64,000 nucleotides of DNA from a virus. Position 1 is the first letter of the stretch, and every line of letters starts with the position of its first letter. The position numbers and the translations under genes are program-made. Where the stretch lies: IMG/VR virus record IMGVR_UViG_3300027503_000002; one strand, 5' to 3'. Below the pieces are notes generated by a model. That model ran no database searches and was not told the DNA's origin. It was given only the letters and a program-made list of their open reading frames with translations. Below, one piece after another: positions 39,576 to 49,393 of this stretch.

Positions 39576-42163
39576 TATGCACTATAGTTATTTACAGGAA
39601 TAGATGTTTCTTTTACCCCTTTAAGCGAAAGTTTTGAATCCAAGAATCTAACTTTTACTCTAACTGGCGAAGTAGTCAGTGTTACGCCATCCAAACTTAC
39701 TTTGCAATTAAACTTTGATTCATAATATGAATAGCCGTTATCGATCTCTCCGTTCTTTGAAGGTCTTTTAGCCGAAAACTGTACGACTCTGTTGCCCTCT
39801 GATGATCTTGACTCGGCATAGTTGTATACATCTTCGAACACAAGACCAGTTCCGTTAGCTGCCGTACCATTTGTTTTTGTAAAGACTGTTCCAATTCTTG
39901 GTGAGCTTGCTCCAATGCTTCCCCAATTAGTAGTGTTGCCGAGATTAAGAATTTTATACTGTCTTCCGCTTACCATCTGATCTAGCGGAACTCCCCAAGA
40001 TCTTGGCATAAATTTGCCACTTTCAGGTAGATTAATATCGGAAATTTGTCTATATTTTAATTTATCTGCTGGAATAACTTTAAAATCAGAATAGCCCCCA
40101 TCCCAATTAGTATCATACTGGTAATAAAAACTAATACCTTCTGAGCCCAGACCATCTTGGAATCTTGCGTATAAATGATGATATCCGGCAGTTAGCAAGA
40201 TTTCTCCGCTGCTGGACGGCATTGCTGCAATCGAAGCGCTGTCAGTTGGACTTGCGAAACCGTGACCGCTATACCAAACGCTAGCAGCTTGACCATCAAT
40301 GTACAGATCAGCCGCATCATCAGAGTCTATCTTGAAATTGTATTTAACAACTGGATAACAAAGACCATCACCAGTGCTTTGATAAGAATTTTTAACAAAC
40401 GTGAGCCCAAGCTTTGGAGGAATAGCGGCCCCGCCCGCGCCAGTTAAACCAATCGCCGCCCACTGCCCTGTGTCGCCAACTTTAATAATTTCATACATTA
40501 CTCCAGCAGTGGTATCTGGAACCTGCCTCTTCAAGTTGCTCACCAATGGGATATACAAGTAACCCATCATTTCCATAGCATAATTATCAACGCTGGTCGT
40601 GTTGCCGCGAACACTTTGCTCATTTGTGGCCTCAACGATTCCCTCATACACGCCTTCGTATTTGAAGGCGGGCATCCCGCTGATAAGCTGGTCAAACTCT
40701 ACCTTGCCAGTTGGTGAGGAAAGGCCAGTCCAGAATGGAGCATTGCCAGTATTTGTTCCTGTAGATGGTAGATGACCAGAAAATGTTGATAGGGCTTTAT
40801 AAATTCTTTCTTGACTTGGCTCTAAAATTTTTCTCCAGTGAGTTGTTCTTACAGTGTTTCCTGCGCCAGTTGGGATACCTCCGGTTCCGCTAAATCCACT
40901 GACAGCTTGAAAATAAGTACTCTTTTCACTCCCTGTTGGGAAGTTTACAAGCTCTCCACTATTATACAAATAAGTAGAATCCCAATCAGAAATTGATAAT
41001 TTTGCAAATTGAGTTGGGCCATACTTGACCAAATCTCCAGACACATATTCTGCAAAATAATTCGGATCTGAACTTGTTGTATTTCTGTATTCTGACAGAA
41101 GCTTGTAATCCGCTGGATGATAGGATCGGTAAACAAGTCCGCTCTGGAACGAGTATGGATACTCAATATAAATTTGATTCTTGGTTGAATCCTGATTCAG
41201 TAAAGACCACTCGTATTCGATATCTTCATCATATGTGTCTAGATCAATATTTGAGACAATCTCTCCGTTTCTTTTGACGACGACTTCTACAGGACTTGAA
41301 GTGACCTTGTAAGCGTTCTTGGATAAAATATCAATGTACGAGTTTACAATTGTCGCAGAGGCAAATGAGACAGTATCATTCATATCCACAGCTTGATTTG
41401 TGGAGAATGAATCTTGAATTACTCCATCTGTGGAATCTGGCGCTTCATTTACAAATTCAAGGCTGGTATAGTCATCAACCGGCTTATCTACTGGAGCCAT
41501 CAACTGCTTGATGTCCATATTCAAAGAATGGTGAGTGGCGCCAGCGCTGATCTGAGAGCCGCCAATTTTTAATCTACCGTAGCCAACTGGTATAGCTTGT
41601 CCCTGAGATGCATTATTGGGTTTATTACCAAAAAGATAAGATTTTCCGCCAGCTTGAACTTCTTGGTTGAAGTCTGGTTTTGGCGGTGGGAACAAAAGAC
41701 CCATCACACCTTGCAAGACTAGGCTGGCACCAAGACCTATCAAAGTTGAACCAAGAAGCGAAAGCGAGCCCCCAGCAGAAACAGCCGCACCAGTTGTTGT
41801 TAATGCGCCCGCCGTTCCAAACCAAGCCGCGCCAAAAGCTCCTGCTGCACCAGCAGTAAGAACTATTGCCAAAACTCCGACAGCAATTAAAACCCCATTT
41901 TTTCCTGCTCCCCATACAATCGGCACAATGTGAACTTCCTTTGGAGCTTTTTTAATCTCAAGCTCCTCTTTAGTTTTTATGACTTCTTCGTCAACAACGA
42001 CACGATAATGAACTCCCTTTGCAGCAAGCCTTTTAATTTCTAAGTCAAAGTTTCTTTTGTTTGCCTTGATTGCAAGAAAAGCCTCCTTTGGAGACTCAAT
42101 GTGAAAATTGAATTCGTGCCCAAACTTGTTTCGCAGTTCACCGTAAAGAAAAACTTTAGTCAT
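39575..42163 (-). CDS. tail assembly protein I-like, greatly extended (PA14, CBM-like modules)
   Basis: V.LYGEL..KFG, HIVP...GAG, hydrophobic Gly/Ala helix, SYLF...N...QG..IPVGYG...IG...ISA; PA14 DSDDA.DLYIDG...GYH. Confidence 0.85.
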   Translation of the reverse strand: MTKVFLYGELRNKFGHEFNFHIESPKEAFLAIKANKRNFDLEIKRLAAKGVHYRVVVDEEVIKTKEELEIKKAPKEVHIVPIVWGAGKNGVLIAVGVLAIVLTAGAAGAFGAAWFGTAGALTTTGAAVSAGGSLSLLGSTLIGLGASLVLQGVMGLLFPPPKPDFNQEVQAGGKSYLFGNKPNNASQGQAIPVGYGRLKIGGSQISAGATHHSLNMDIKQLMAPVDKPVDDYTSLEFVNEAPDSTDGVIQDSFSTNQAVDMNDTVSFASATIVNSYIDILSKNAYKVTSSPVEVVVKRNGEIVSNIDLDTYDEDIEYEWSLLNQDSTKNQIYIEYPYSFQSGLVYRSYHPADYKLLSEYRNTTSSDPNYFAEYVSGDLVKYGPTQFAKLSISDWDSTYLYNSGELVNFPTGSEKSTYFQAVSGFSGTGGIPTGAGNTVRTTHWRKILEPSQERIYKALSTFSGHLPSTGTNTGNAPFWTGLSSPTGKVEFDQLISGMPAFKYEGVYEGIVEATNEQSVRGNTTSVDNYAMEMMGYLYIPLVSNLKRQVPDTTAGVMYEIIKVGDTGQWAAIGLTGAGGAAIPPKLGLTFVKNSYQSTGDGLCYPVVKYNFKIDSDDAADLYIDGQAASVWYSGHGFASPTDSASIAAMPSSSGEILLTAGYHHLYARFQDGLGSEGISFYYQYDTNWDGGYSDFKVIPADKLKYRQISDINLPESGKFMPRSWGVPLDQMVSGRQYKILNLGNTTNWGSIGASSPRIGTVFTKTNGTAANGTGLVFEDVYNYAESRSSEGNRVVQFSAKRPSKNGEIDNGYSYYESKFNCKVSLDGVTLTTSPVRVKVRFLDSKLSLKGVKETSIPVNNYSA

Positions 42164-42518
42164 ATTGTTTCTTTAAAATTTGCACAAAATCCTTGTTAAC
42201 GTGAATTGATTTTGGCAAAATAAGATTAAACTTTTCGGACTTTTTACTATAGATCACAAAAGGAATGCACGAATTCTCACAATTAAATTGGTCAAACTTT
42301 GACTCAAGCTCGCCAGAATCTGGATGAGTATGATAAATTGCCGCCAATTTGCCTGTTTTAATCTTCTTTAAAATTTCGAGCGGGTGAATTTCAAATATAT
42401 CATTTTGATAAACTGCCACATTCTTGGCTGGCTCACTTACCAATTGACCGTCTTCAACCAAAACAAAGCCGCAGACTTCGGCGTCGGATGTGTTAGCGTG
42501 CTCAATGATGGATTTCAT
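42156..42518 (-). CDS. tail protein K-like, JAB/MPN domain only
   Basis: EVCGFV...YHTHP...S.FD; no NlpC/P60 domain. Start taken as ATG 42518. Confidence 0.8.
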   Translation of the reverse strand: MKSIIEHANTSDAEVCGFVLVEDGQLVSEPAKNVAVYQNDIFEIHPLEILKKIKTGKLAAIYHTHPDSGELESKFDQFNCENSCIPFVIYSKKSEKFNLILPKSIHVNKDFVQILKKQYD

Positions 42519-42519
42519 A

Positions 42520-44016
42520 TTACGACGAAATTGAATACTCCTCTGTTCCGGGGAATCCGCCAAACGGCAAGTAAGACTTGTTTCCAAATCTCATTTTGCA
42601 GCCCTCTATCGTTCTTGAGCACTGATCAGCAACCCAGTATTCTTTATTAAATAATGGGCTTTTGGCAGGAGTTGCCGTGTGGTTTTTTAAACAAAAATAA
42701 AATCTTTGCAGCGGCTCCCAATTTGGAATGGAATTAACATCGCGCTTAGTGACCTTGACATTGTGATTTTCAATGTAAACATAATCGCCAACTCGATAGT
42801 TCGTGTTGTTTTGCCAGCGGCCTGCAAAGGTTTCTCCCATCACACTATCCTTATCCAAAGAAATCGATTTGCTAATCGAAAGCGTAGTATAAAATCTTTG
42901 GCTAGATGTCAAAGATCCATACTCGGTTGGATCATAATAAAACCTAGTTGATGGGAGAGAAATGAAGGATGATGAATTTGGAACTTTGTAAGTTAAGGTT
43001 AAGTATTGGTCTCCTCCCAATCCATTAGCTTCAAAAAATCTTATCACAAGTCTATGATACCCTTCTGGTAATGTTATGCTGCCAGAGACATTTACAGTTG
43101 ACCCGTTAGAAGAATAACGAGAACAAATGAGCGTATTATTGATAAATAACTCTACACAATCATTCACTTGAACTTGAAAAGAATAAGTCCCGCCCTGCCC
43201 ATAATCAACTTTAAAGTATCCTAGAAACTCGTAATAATAATTATCTGCCACCTCTGGAGTAGTCGCAGAGACTAATGTTTCTGAACTTGCTAAATAAGAG
43301 GCGGCAGCTATGGCGCTAGTAAAAGAAGCGTTGCTTGTAGGCATTGTTGTACCATTGTACCTCCTTCTAATCAAAGATCCTTGATTTAAATCTGTTGGGA
43401 GGCTTAGTCTCAGATCGTTTTCATCTGCAACTGGTGGACCCATATATCTGCATCCATTACCTCTATAATGAAAAGAGCAGTAGCGCGCCATTACAGTTCT
43501 TCTTGGAAAAGTAACGTTTTCAATTTCCAGCGGCGAAGCTAATTCAAGTTCAATCGCTGCCCTGTTTTCGCTCGCCCTTCTGAGAACAAAAAACACTTGA
43601 TCTTCTAACCCAGCCGTAGCGTCAGCTGACCCGTAGGGATTCCGACCTTCGGCAAAGTTAGCGTTGTCAAGAAACTTTAAAAATGTTCTTTTTCTGACCA
43701 CCTTAGCGCCAACAAGGTTATTGTAACGTCTAATTAAATTAGATACGAAGAAATCTTGATTGGAAACCGCCAGCTTTGGTCTTGGTAAGCTGCCGTCACC
43801 TTTGCTTTCAAATCCAGAACTCTGAATTGGAAATGGCAGATACTCAACGCCCTGCCAGTATATCGAACCATTTATTCCATTAGTTCCGCCGTGAATGTAA
43901 AGTTTATCATCAGGAGTATTAACGTAATCATAATAAATAACGAAAAACTCCAGAAGAGCGGTTGGCTCTAATGAAAATAGTTCAGAATTTACCTTTTGAC
44001 TAGATTCCCTAGACAT
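42520..44016 (-). CDS. minor tail protein L-like with PA14 insertion
   Basis: WQG.EY..FPI...GFE....G.LPRP, LVGAKV.R.RT, ELAS, C.F.YRG.GC.Y.G, DQC......C..RF......FGGFPG. Confidence 0.9.
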   Translation of the reverse strand: MSRESSQKVNSELFSLEPTALLEFFVIYYDYVNTPDDKLYIHGGTNGINGSIYWQGVEYLPFPIQSSGFESKGDGSLPRPKLAVSNQDFFVSNLIRRYNNLVGAKVVRKRTFLKFLDNANFAEGRNPYGSADATAGLEDQVFFVLRRASENRAAIELELASPLEIENVTFPRRTVMARYCSFHYRGNGCRYMGPPVADENDLRLSLPTDLNQGSLIRRRYNGTTMPTSNASFTSAIAAASYLASSETLVSATTPEVADNYYYEFLGYFKVDYGQGGTYSFQVQVNDCVELFINNTLICSRYSSNGSTVNVSGSITLPEGYHRLVIRFFEANGLGGDQYLTLTYKVPNSSSFISLPSTRFYYDPTEYGSLTSSQRFYTTLSISKSISLDKDSVMGETFAGRWQNNTNYRVGDYVYIENHNVKVTKRDVNSIPNWEPLQRFYFCLKNHTATPAKSPLFNKEYWVADQCSRTIEGCKMRFGNKSYLPFGGFPGTEEYSISS

Positions 44017-44038
44017 TTCCTTTTACCTTTAGATTATA

Positions 44039-44044
44039 TTACAC
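44039..44044 (-). promoter_or_regulatory. GTGTAA putative late promoter of the tail-tip operon
   Basis: Minus strand reads AGTGTAATATAAT, 22 nt before the L start. Confidence 0.55.
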
Positions 44045-44046
44045 TG

Positions 44047-44526
44047 ATGGACCCTAAAAGCAAGATAAAAATAGATTCTTTTGAGGTCAGTAGGATGTAC
44101 CTGACAGACATTCCAGAGGTATTAAAAATGGCCATTGAGGCCCAATCCTCTTTCGGAGTTAACCCAATATCGTCTCCCACAGCCTTTATCCAAGAAATGA
44201 GCAGGGTATTGCAGGCGAATACTAGATTTTCGTTTGTTTTCCGTTCAAATAATAAAATATTTGCAGCTTTCATCTTTAGCGCGAAAACAACTAAAAGCGC
44301 CGATTTCCTTTATGCTTTCTCAAATCCTAGAATTATTCAAACAGAAGAAATGTACGAGGCGTTCTCAAATAAACTAAAGGAGATGCCTTTTGATGTTATT
44401 TATGCTTATGTCTTGAAGAAGAGAAAAAGATTTGAAGTTTACGTCAGATTTTTAAAATCTATTGGATTTAAAAAGATTTTTAATGAAAATGATGTTTATC
44501 TGGTGATTTCGAACGAAAAAGCTTGA
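44047..44526 (+). CDS. GNAT-fold protein
   Basis: M..TDIPEV...YAYV.K......FLKSIGF; start taken as ATG 44047. Confidence 0.55.
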   Translation: MDPKSKIKIDSFEVSRMYLTDIPEVLKMAIEAQSSFGVNPISSPTAFIQEMSRVLQANTRFSFVFRSNNKIFAAFIFSAKTTKSADFLYAFSNPRIIQTEEMYEAFSNKLKEMPFDVIYAYVLKKRKRFEVYVRFLKSIGFKKIFNENDVYLVISNEKA

Positions 44527-44551
44527 CAAAGGATCATTGGTCGCTTAAATT
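44523..44551 (+). promoter_or_regulatory. sigma70-like promoter (leaderless)
   Basis: TTGACA-N17-TAAATT, with ATG 44559 7 nt downstream. Confidence 0.7.
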
Positions 44552-44558
44552 CATAGCA

Positions 44559-44933
44559 ATGAATTTAAACAGGCTCGTAAGCCTTGCCAGAAACTTAATC
44601 ATCTACGACGACATCGAGTTGCGGTGTCGGCACTTCGCATTCATTTTAAACAAAAGCAAAATAGTTTCTATCGGGCGAAACTCCAAGAAGTCTCACCCAA
44701 TTAACCAAAAGTATGGTTATTTTGACGGAAGTGGTTTACACGCAGAGGCTTGCGCGGTAATTAAGTCTGGAAATATCGACCATTCAAGGCATACTTTAGT
44801 CACGTTTCGTATTGACAGGAACAATAAAGTTGCTATGGGTAAGCCGTGCAGACACTGCCAAAAGCTTCTCAACGACGTTAACTTTAAGGAGATTTATTAT
44901 TCTGATGAACAAGGACAATTCCAAAAAGCCTGA
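44559..44933 (+). CDS. zinc-dependent cytidine/dCMP deaminase-like protein
   Basis: H.A.I......S.G.N, HAE, KPCRHC, IYYS. Confidence 0.85.
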   Translation: MNLNRLVSLARNLIIYDDIELRCRHFAFILNKSKIVSIGRNSKKSHPINQKYGYFDGSGLHAEACAVIKSGNIDHSRHTLVTFRIDRNNKVAMGKPCRHCQKLLNDVNFKEIYYSDEQGQFQKA

Positions 44934-45216
44934 AGATATCATTTCTGATGGATTCGGCAGTAGCTGGGTAAAGTGCAAGATGGGCGAGGCGTGTGGTTTG
45001 CACGTTGTTCGCCCCGGCAAGTCTCAGTGCTGGTGCGACTCTAAAACAGCTTTCCTGTACGAGGACAGCTTTGAGTCAAAAGATAAGGCTCGGCTTGCTG
45101 GTTGGGCTGGAGATGGCTGGTATTTTTGGGGGGAAGATGATGTGTCCTGCTACGGACCCTACAAAACTGAATTGGAAACTAAGCGGGACTTTCTAAGATA
45201 CTTAAACTCAATTTAA
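44905..45216 (+). CDS. hypothetical protein (Cys/His cluster)
   Basis: C....CGLHVVRPGK.QCWC and GWYFW...GPY; TAATG overlap downstream. Confidence 0.65.
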   Translation: MNKDNSKKPEDIISDGFGSSWVKCKMGEACGLHVVRPGKSQCWCDSKTAFLYEDSFESKDKARLAGWAGDGWYFWGEDDVSCYGPYKTELETKRDFLRYLNSI

Positions 45217-46208
45217 TGAATATTTTAATTATTGAAGCTACCAGCAAGCGGAAGCCGCTGGCTGAAGATTACAGTGACACTTCCATTGTTCATTGCCGTA
45301 ATAGTCTTATTTTAAAGAAAGCTCTTGGCGCCGATCTTCTTGACGGCGAGTACTTCCTACCAGAAGTACTGAAGAAGCAGTACGACATCATCATCTGCTG
45401 CTACGCTTCGCCGTATATGCCGCACGTACCTTACCGTCAGGTTCTTGAGAAGAACCCCAAGGCAAGGTATATCTGGCTTGTAAACGATCACGATATCGAG
45501 GATAACCAGCTTCTCCGCTGGGGTATCATTAATATGGGGCTGACCTATGATATGATCTGCAACAATCCCAGAGAAGGCTATCGTCACTGGATTTTGAATA
45601 AAAACATTGCAAATAAGAAACTTAATGATTTTATTAACAAGTGGCTCACAGTTAATTTAAACTCGCTGATTATGGACGAGAACAGAACTCCTGTTGACCA
45701 CTCACAGAAGAATGGTGTCATTTATTACGGCACCTACCGCAAATGGCGCGCCGAGTCGTTCAAGAAGTTCCTAACTGAAGGAGTGTTTCTTTCTGCTTCA
45801 AATAAGAATTGGAAAAAATTCCAAGCTCTTGGCTGCAATTGCAACTATATGCCCAAGCTTGAATGGCAGAAGAACAATGAGGATCTTCGCAAGTTCAAGT
45901 ACTCCATTTATATGGAGGACGAGCACACTCATAAGAACTATGCGTTTCTTGCCAATCGCTTCTACGAGGCTTTGATGGCAGATGTGGTTATGCTGTTTGA
46001 TGCTGACTGCGCCAATACTATTCAAAAGTGCGGCTACACCATTCCCGAGCGCCTAATCATCGATAACGAAAAACTGAAGAGTGGCGTAGTTAAGTACGCA
46101 GAATCTCTTGCTTTTCAAGCAAACCTGATGTATCAACAGACATTCTTTGATCAAGCGATAGACGAAAAACGAACCGCAATTAAGCAAATAAAAGATTTTC
46201 TCGTATGA
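45216..46208 (+). CDS. GT-B glycosyltransferase resembling T4 DNA beta-glucosyltransferase / CgeB family
   Basis: VIYYGTYR..R..S..KFL and NRFYEALMADVVMLFD. Confidence 0.55.
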   Translation: MNILIIEATSKRKPLAEDYSDTSIVHCRNSLILKKALGADLLDGEYFLPEVLKKQYDIIICCYASPYMPHVPYRQVLEKNPKARYIWLVNDHDIEDNQLLRWGIINMGLTYDMICNNPREGYRHWILNKNIANKKLNDFINKWLTVNLNSLIMDENRTPVDHSQKNGVIYYGTYRKWRAESFKKFLTEGVFLSASNKNWKKFQALGCNCNYMPKLEWQKNNEDLRKFKYSIYMEDEHTHKNYAFLANRFYEALMADVVMLFDADCANTIQKCGYTIPERLIIDNEKLKSGVVKYAESLAFQANLMYQQTFFDQAIDEKRTAIKQIKDFLV

Positions 46209-46474
46209 AATACAAAGGACGAATTGAACTGACGCCAAAGTCAGCAAAGCATCTCGGAGTCGATGTCAAAAGACAATATGAGATCGATCTCCTGTCAAAG
46301 GCGAAAGTCATCTCAAATAATAATTATATTTTAATTTCAGTACCGGAAATCGGTATTGAAGGCGAAATCCAAGTCAACGAAACTAATTTCTTCACCCAAG
46401 AACTTGAAATTAAAGGATGGTTCTCTGTTAATCCAGAAGCCTACCTTTGCCAAGTCAGGTTGATTTTACAATGA
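46205..46474 (+). CDS. hypothetical protein
   Basis: ATGA-coupled ORF. Confidence 0.65.
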   Translation: MKYKGRIELTPKSAKHLGVDVKRQYEIDLLSKAKVISNNNYILISVPEIGIEGEIQVNETNFFTQELEIKGWFSVNPEAYLCQVRLILQ

Positions 46475-46698
46475 GATATAAAATAAACACCACCGTCAAC
46501 GTCTTTGGCGATCAATTAGTTTATGGCGCCTCTGGACAGCAAGTCACCCTTTACAAGGACGACTGCATTCGAATTGTTAGTCGTATGAAAGATATGTGGA
46601 GCAATGATATCGAGCATTGGCAAACTTCCTGCGGATGGCTCTTAAAAATCACACAAGATATTTTACCATATTTTGACAAGGACGAAGATCAACAATGA
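46471..46698 (+). CDS. hypothetical protein
   Basis: ATGA-coupled ORF. Confidence 0.6.
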   Translation: MRYKINTTVNVFGDQLVYGASGQQVTLYKDDCIRIVSRMKDMWSNDIEHWQTSCGWLLKITQDILPYFDKDEDQQ

Positions 46699-47339
46699 TG
46701 ACACTAAAGGAGCAGGAAGACAAAGTTTACGAAGAGTTTTTGAAAGTCAAAGGTGACTTTGAGACACTTCTTGATCGCAAGATCACGCGAAAGAACTTCA
46801 AGAAGGCGATAATCGACACGACAAGAATTGCCGCCAGCGAGATGTCAAAGCTTGAAGCGGATGATGGAGTCCGAGACAATATCGCGGAGTTCTTTAAGGT
46901 TTGCCACAGTTATCTTGGAGAAGTTGTCTGGGCCGAGATCAAGGAAAAGAATATTAAAATTTTCATCCACTACGAGGACACTCCAATGCTAGCTTGGAAC
47001 ATTCCAATCGATATGTTCTTTTCTCAGCAGGAGCAGTACGAAGTTGGGGTGAAGATGATCACCAACAGTTTACAGGAGTGCTTTATTTCGTTCTTCCTTT
47101 CTCCAGAACTTCGTCAGTCCGTGATCAAAGGGGACGAGTCAGCGATTAGAATTCTTTACAATTCGTTTAATCGCCCCTCAATGGATTCCAGCGTAGTCAA
47201 CCTCAAGATGCTGAAGGAATGCTTCCCAGACTTTTACAAGTACATCACAACAGAGCTTGACATTATGACCGTAGAGCAGATGGAAGCGTTTGTTAAAAAT
47301 AAGAACGGTAAAAAGGTGCGTGGCTCAAAGAAGGCTTAA
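46695..47339 (+). CDS. hypothetical protein
   Basis: 214-aa coupled ORF. Confidence 0.75.
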   Translation: MMTLKEQEDKVYEEFLKVKGDFETLLDRKITRKNFKKAIIDTTRIAASEMSKLEADDGVRDNIAEFFKVCHSYLGEVVWAEIKEKNIKIFIHYEDTPMLAWNIPIDMFFSQQEQYEVGVKMITNSLQECFISFFLSPELRQSVIKGDESAIRILYNSFNRPSMDSSVVNLKMLKECFPDFYKYITTELDIMTVEQMEAFVKNKNGKKVRGSKKA

Positions 47340-47340
47340 C

Positions 47341-48237
47341 GTGTACGAAAGGCCGACAGTTTGCACTGAACCGTTATGGTTTGGTTTGGGCGATACAATG
47401 CATTTCTTACCAGTTGTAAAGAAATTAAGCAAGACGCTGAACTCTAAAATCGACATCATCACCCAGCATCCTCAAGTCTTCCGAAATAATCCTTATGTTG
47501 CTGCTATCTTTAATCTGCAAGATTATAATTTCAAGATACAAGAAGGGAACCCCTACTTCTTCGCGCCGTTAAGAAACAAGAATCCGTTCTGGTTTAATAT
47601 TGATATTAAACAGTATATTGCTCACTCGCTTGGATTTGAACTGCTTGATGACGAGAGGGTTCTGGAGTTTTATCCAGAACCATTTGTGAATGTCGATTTG
47701 CCAAATAAGTATGTATTAATCACTCCAGCAAAACGCGGCGTCGACAGAGACTTTGGCAAAGATGGCTGGCAGAAAATAGTGAATGAGTTAAACGCAAATA
47801 AGATTCCTGTTGTTCTTGAAGGGGCTGGCGAGTATCACGAACTGGACGTTGAGCTAGGATTAAACCTTTGCGGGCAAATAAATTCATTGAGCCAGACTTG
47901 GCACTTGATGAACAAAGCCCACTCTTACGTCACCTTTGATACTGGGATGTACATCCTAGCAGGCTCAACAGGAACGCAAATATTCTTAATAGATTCTTAC
48001 TTTGAGAATCGCTGGCACAAGCCATTCAGAAAAGGCAGTCTCGATTATAAATTAAAAGTAATTGAGGGAGATTGCGCCGAAAAATGTTTGGGTAATTTGA
48101 AATACTATGTTCGCGAATCTGGCCTGCATCAGTTCAAGGTACAGCAGTGCCAGTTAAAGTACGATTCTTTCAAGTGTATCCCAAGCGTTGAAAAGGTCGC
48201 CAAAGAAGTTGTAAATCATTACAATGCCGTATCTTAA
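47341..48237 (+). CDS. GT9-like glycosyltransferase
   Basis: GLGD.M..LP, F.NNPYV, VTFDTG.Y.LAG.T. Confidence 0.7.
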   Translation: MYERPTVCTEPLWFGLGDTMHFLPVVKKLSKTLNSKIDIITQHPQVFRNNPYVAAIFNLQDYNFKIQEGNPYFFAPLRNKNPFWFNIDIKQYIAHSLGFELLDDERVLEFYPEPFVNVDLPNKYVLITPAKRGVDRDFGKDGWQKIVNELNANKIPVVLEGAGEYHELDVELGLNLCGQINSLSQTWHLMNKAHSYVTFDTGMYILAGSTGTQIFLIDSYFENRWHKPFRKGSLDYKLKVIEGDCAEKCLGNLKYYVRESGLHQFKVQQCQLKYDSFKCIPSVEKVAKEVVNHYNAVS

Positions 48238-48880
48238 TTCTAATATCCCGACATTCTTCGCTTACCTCAAGAGCGACTTCCTGTATAATAATACTAATAA
48301 AAATACGGAATATATCCCTTGCGAAGTGTTTGGCGTTACCTCTCTAACCAGACGGTGTTTATTGTTTCAGATTATGACCGAGTTTGGGTCAAGACACGAT
48401 AGAGTGCCAATTCATTATCTGGTCAGAGACCCAAAGCATTCCAAGCTTGATCTCGATTGGTTGCAGCTTTGGGACTGCTACTCAAATTCCCTTTCAGTTA
48501 CCAGATACGAGTACCACAAGAACGCTTCTGTTGAAGTGCAGTTGAAGAATCGTGAATGGATTGAGGGCAAATATCTATTCACAATAGACTGGCACGATAA
48601 CCCCGACGCAGCTTACGGTTATTCTGAAATGGCTGGAGGCCACAAGTGCGGACATCTTATCTGGGGATTACAGAACAAGAAAGGCGATCCGGTTAATCAG
48701 TTATTCCTACAGCCAAATAACCGACTGATTTGGAAAGATGGCGGCGCTTTTATTTCCAAAAAGCTTGACAAGAAGCCCGATTGGAAGGTATTTGAAGGAG
48801 AGTTCACTTGCGAAGGCAAAGGCAAGTGGGTCGCTGAAGACAACTACGACTACTTTTATCAATTTAAAAATAACGAATGA
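48224..48880 (+). CDS. conserved hypothetical phage protein
   Basis: LQLWDC.S, G.YLFTIDW, HKCGH, QPNNR. Confidence 0.75.
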   Translation: MPYLNSNIPTFFAYLKSDFLYNNTNKNTEYIPCEVFGVTSLTRRCLLFQIMTEFGSRHDRVPIHYLVRDPKHSKLDLDWLQLWDCYSNSLSVTRYEYHKNASVEVQLKNREWIEGKYLFTIDWHDNPDAAYGYSEMAGGHKCGHLIWGLQNKKGDPVNQLFLQPNNRLIWKDGGAFISKKLDKKPDWKVFEGEFTCEGKGKWVAEDNYDYFYQFKNNE

Positions 48881-49362
48881 TCGAAGTTCAAATAAGTAAT
48901 GATATGATTAGCGAGGCTTTGGAAAGAGCCGCGCAAGTTCCAATTTTGAACAATTCGGACACAAATAATCACGGAACCAAGATAGCTGCTCTCTCTGATC
49001 TGATGGTTCAGAAGACTTGGGGCGGGCGAATCGTATCCGATATGAGCTTCGATTTCGATTGGATCTCACCCAAGCTATTTTTATTTGAAATTAAATCCAA
49101 GGAGCGCAATGTTGTACCACAGCCTTGGCACAACTGCACAGTAAAGGAGTACAATACCAAACAGAAATGCGACTACTACCTGTTCACCAGCATCTTTGGG
49201 GACTACAGCAGAGGCTGGATTCTTGGCTACATCAAGAAAAGCGATTTCTTTGAGCAAGCTACATTCTTCAAGGGCGGCGACTTTGATCCCGATCCAAGAG
49301 GAGACCGATACAAGTTCCCGTCTAATTGTTTTAATTTGAAAATCGAGCAGTTGCACTGTTGA
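48877..49362 (+). CDS. PD-(D/E)XK-like nuclease
   Basis: D...EIKSK, CDYYLF, WILGY. Confidence 0.55.
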   Translation: MIEVQISNDMISEALERAAQVPILNNSDTNNHGTKIAALSDLMVQKTWGGRIVSDMSFDFDWISPKLFLFEIKSKERNVVPQPWHNCTVKEYNTKQKCDYYLFTSIFGDYSRGWILGYIKKSDFFEQATFFKGGDFDPDPRGDRYKFPSNCFNLKIEQLHC

Positions 49363-49393
49363 CAAGCTGCCATTGATCTGACTCGCTCACCCT

